Below the pieces are notes generated by a model. It was not told the origin of the DNA. It did not search any database and saw nothing but the letters and a program-made list of their open reading frames with translations. A stretch of 45,449 bases of DNA from Rhodospirillales bacterium (lineage in GTDB: Bacteria > Pseudomonadota > Alphaproteobacteria > UBA828). The DNA lies in NCBI GenBank assembly GCA_028818565.1, contig JAPPNV010000029.1, positions 1-45,449 on the forward strand, read 5' to 3'. The position numbers and the translations under genes are program-made. Positions 41,778 through 45,449 of this stretch are shown piece by piece. Position 1 is the first letter of the stretch. Every line of letters begins with the position of its first letter.

Positions 41778-41989
41778 GGGGCAGTAAATCCGATGGCTCG
41801 CCCCGCCGCCGGCGGGGCTCAGAGCGCGTTACGTGCGCTTGTCACATAAGCACGAAGCGGGGGCGGATCAAATGCCGGCGCCCGAACGACCCCGCCGTGA
41901 CACTTGTCAGATCGCGCCTGGCACGACCGTGACGGTGGTGGGAGCAGACGGGAGCGAGGCTCCGCGTTGCGCTGTCCGAATCACGCCTC

Positions 41990-42019
41990 GCGGGAGCGTG
42001 GGGATGACCACGCTCCCGC
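41990..42019 (-). terminator. Strong hairpin downstream of the small peptide gene
   Basis: Perfect 12-bp stem GCGGGAGCGTGG / CCACGCTCCCGC with a 6-nt loop, starting 12 nt after the TGA at 42034-42032. No U-tract. Confidence 0.6.
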
Positions 42020-42031
42020 AGGGCCGGCCGA

Positions 42032-42223
42032 TCAGCACGGGATGCCGGGCAACAGGCAGGCGTGCGCCGGCGCCGATCCGCCGATCATCACGACGGTCGT
42101 GGCGACGACCGCGATCGCCCCGATGAAGGCGAACAAGGCGGCGTGACGCAGCCGGATTTTCCTGTGCGGGCTCCCCACGCGTTGTTCGTTCTTGCGGTTG
42201 GTGGCTTGCTCCTGCGCGTTCAT
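42032..42223 (-). CDS. 63-aa precursor: signal peptide plus C-terminal CLLPGIPC (hypothetical secreted peptide)
   Basis: SD AGGAGGT 4 nt before ATG; n-region HRKIRLRH, h-region AALFAFIGAIAVVATTVVMIGG, c-region SAPAHA; downstream hairpin and AT-rich upstream region. Confidence 0.72.
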   Translation of the reverse strand: MNAQEQATNRKNEQRVGSPHRKIRLRHAALFAFIGAIAVVATTVVMIGGSAPAHACLLPGIPC

Positions 42224-42300
42224 CGTTACCTCCTGGTTGCTTCCGTTTCACCTGTCGGCGTCAGCCGGCACTATGCCGAACCGGAGGTTACGTGGAGGCA

Positions 42301-42360
42301 CAGAGGCATAATATCCAATACTTATTTTGTCTCTGAATTATAAGATATTCATATCTAATT
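42301..42360 (-). promoter_or_regulatory. AT-rich promoter/operator region of the peptide gene
   Basis: 15 of 60 bases are G+C. Minus-strand TATAAT at 42342-42337. Inverted repeats CAGAGgCAtAAT-N11-ATTtTGtCTCTG (42301-42335) and AGATAT-tc-ATATCT (42343-42356). Confidence 0.55.
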
Positions 42361-42461
42361 GGCCGAACTCGGGGGCGATTGAGCAGCCAGAGCGACGGAA
42401 ACCGGGAACTGCCTGCGCCGCTATTGCCCGCAGGAAGCGACGCATCCAACCGAGTGCCAGT

Positions 42462-42488
42462 CAGCCGCCGGGCGCGCCCCGGCGTCTG
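42462..42488 (-). terminator. Hairpin after the mutase stop codon
   Basis: CGCCGGG-cgcgc-CCCGGCG extended by CAG/CTG, 12 nt past the stop at 42501. No U-tract. Confidence 0.35.
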
Positions 42489-42500
42489 TTCCTGCGATCG

Positions 42501-44645
<2,145 letters not shown>

Positions 44646-44839
44646 GGGTCTGGGCTCCCACTCTCCCAGGCGCCCGTGCTCGGTCTTGCATCCTTCGGGC
44701 AAGGGTAGACGGCGGGGGCCGCCCGCCGCAAGGCGCAGGGCGGCCGTGGCCGCCATTTTGCCCCTGTGAACCGCCGCGCCTTTTCGGGTAAAAGAAGGCG
44801 CCCACTAGGTGCCGCGGCAACAGGAGGAACTCCCCGCAC

Positions 44840-45449
44840 ATGAGCAGTCTACAATTCGAGGCGCCCGAGACGGTCGAGGATGCCGTCCGGCTCCTCGCCG
44901 ATGCCGACGGAGAGGCCATGCCGCTCGCCGGCGGCACCGACCTCCTGGTTCAGCTGCGCACCGATTTCGTCCGGCCCGGCCTCATCGTCGACTTGAAGCG
45001 CATCCCGGCGCTCATGGACGTGACGGTGAACGGCGATGATATCCGCGTCGGCGCGGCGGTTTCCGGCGCGACGCTGGGCAAGAACGAGGCCGTGAAGGCG
45101 GCGTGGCCCGGGGTGGTGGAGGCGCTTGAGCTGATCGGCTCGACCCAGATTCAGGGCCGCGCCTCACTCGGCGGCAACCTCTGCAACGGCTCGCCGGCTG
45201 CCGACAGCGTGCCCGCGCTGATCGCCGCCGGTGCCGTGTGCGAGGTCGCGGGCCCCGGCGGCACCCGCTCCGTTCCGGTCGAGGACGTGATAACGGGGCC
45301 CGGCCAGCTTTCCCTCGGCCCCGGCGAGATCGTGGTCTCCCTCGTCATGCCGAAGCCGCCGCCCCGCTCGGCCGACGCCTACCTGCGCTTCATTCCGCGC
45401 ACCGAGATGGACATCGCCGTGGTCGGCGCCGGCGTCGCGCTCACGCTCG
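44840..45449 (+). CDS. Xanthine/CO dehydrogenase family FAD-binding medium subunit, 5' part (runs off window edge)
   Basis: Not in the ORF track. Manual translation gives MSSLQFEAPETVEDAV...LAGGTDLLVQ...IGSTQIQGRASLGGNLCNGSPAAD. AGGAGG upstream. Confidence 0.9.
   Translation, partial: MSSLQFEAPETVEDAVRLLADADGEAMPLAGGTDLLVQLRTDFVRPGLIVDLKRIPALMDVTVNGDDIRVGAAVSGATLGKNEAVKAAWPGVVEALELIGSTQIQGRASLGGNLCNGSPAADSVPALIAAGAVCEVAGPGGTRSVPVEDVITGPGQLSLGPGEIVVSLVMPKPPPRSADAYLRFIPRTEMDIAVVGAGVALTL

Noticed and set aside
41800-41818. GCCCCGCC-gcc-GGCGGGGC hairpin upstream of the Atm1 start
   Set aside because: An 8-bp all-GC stem is readily expected by chance at this GC content; no further support.
42032-42034. 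TGA of the peptide gene followed 12 nt later by a hairpin, as a possible selenocysteine codon with SECIS
   Set aside because: The apical loop (UCAUCC) lacks the G expected in bacterial SECIS elements, and read-through adds only about 16 featureless residues before another TGA. A 3' hairpin after a real stop is simpler.
41907-42251. Alternative 114-aa ORF overlapping the peptide gene, or a frameshifted longer protein
   Set aside because: It has no comparable SD, its N-terminal half is Arg-rich shadow-like sequence, and its 3' part runs through the hairpin. The 63-aa frame has the SD and a coherent signal peptide. Read-level checking would settle it.
44646-44839. Possible cobalamin riboswitch upstream of methylmalonyl-CoA mutase
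   Set aside because: Small hairpins exist (e.g. 44776-44801), but I could not find the conserved GGGAA, GCCACTG or B12-box elements. An Infernal/Rfam scan would be decisive.

Overview
High-GC chromosomal window, most likely from an Alphaproteobacterium (Rhodospirillales-like, inferred from gene content and order). It holds about 49 protein genes. I saw no rRNA, tRNA, CRISPR array, integrase or transposase. Left third: housekeeping operons rplU-rpmA-obgE-proB-proA-nadD and msbA-DUF374-waaA-lpxK-lpxL, then pmbA, msrA, mobA and ubiK. Middle: an orphan higBA toxin-antitoxin pair, a three-gene amino-sugar module, two tandem paralogous Baeyer-Villiger monooxygenases, cysK-alaX-sseA, and an ErfK/YbiS-type L,D-transpeptidase convergent with an Lpp/OprI-like lipoprotein ending in Lys. 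Right third: acyl-CoA catabolic genes, a glutaredoxin-DinB fusion, an amidase, meaB, an Atm1-like ABC exporter, methylmalonyl-CoA mutase and a truncated CoxM/XdhB-type FAD subunit. The strongest leads are: (1) a stand-alone 63-codon gene at 42032-42223 with a strong SD, an AT-rich upstream region and a downstream hairpin, encoding almost only a signal peptide followed by CLLPGIPC, a candidate secreted disulfide-cyclised peptide; (2) a Braun-lipoprotein-type tethering pair in a probable alphaproteobacterium; (3) GGGAT repeats at exact 10-bp spacing plus a perfect 16-bp palindrome upstream of the thiolase operon. All family calls come from motif recognition by eye; no database searches were run.
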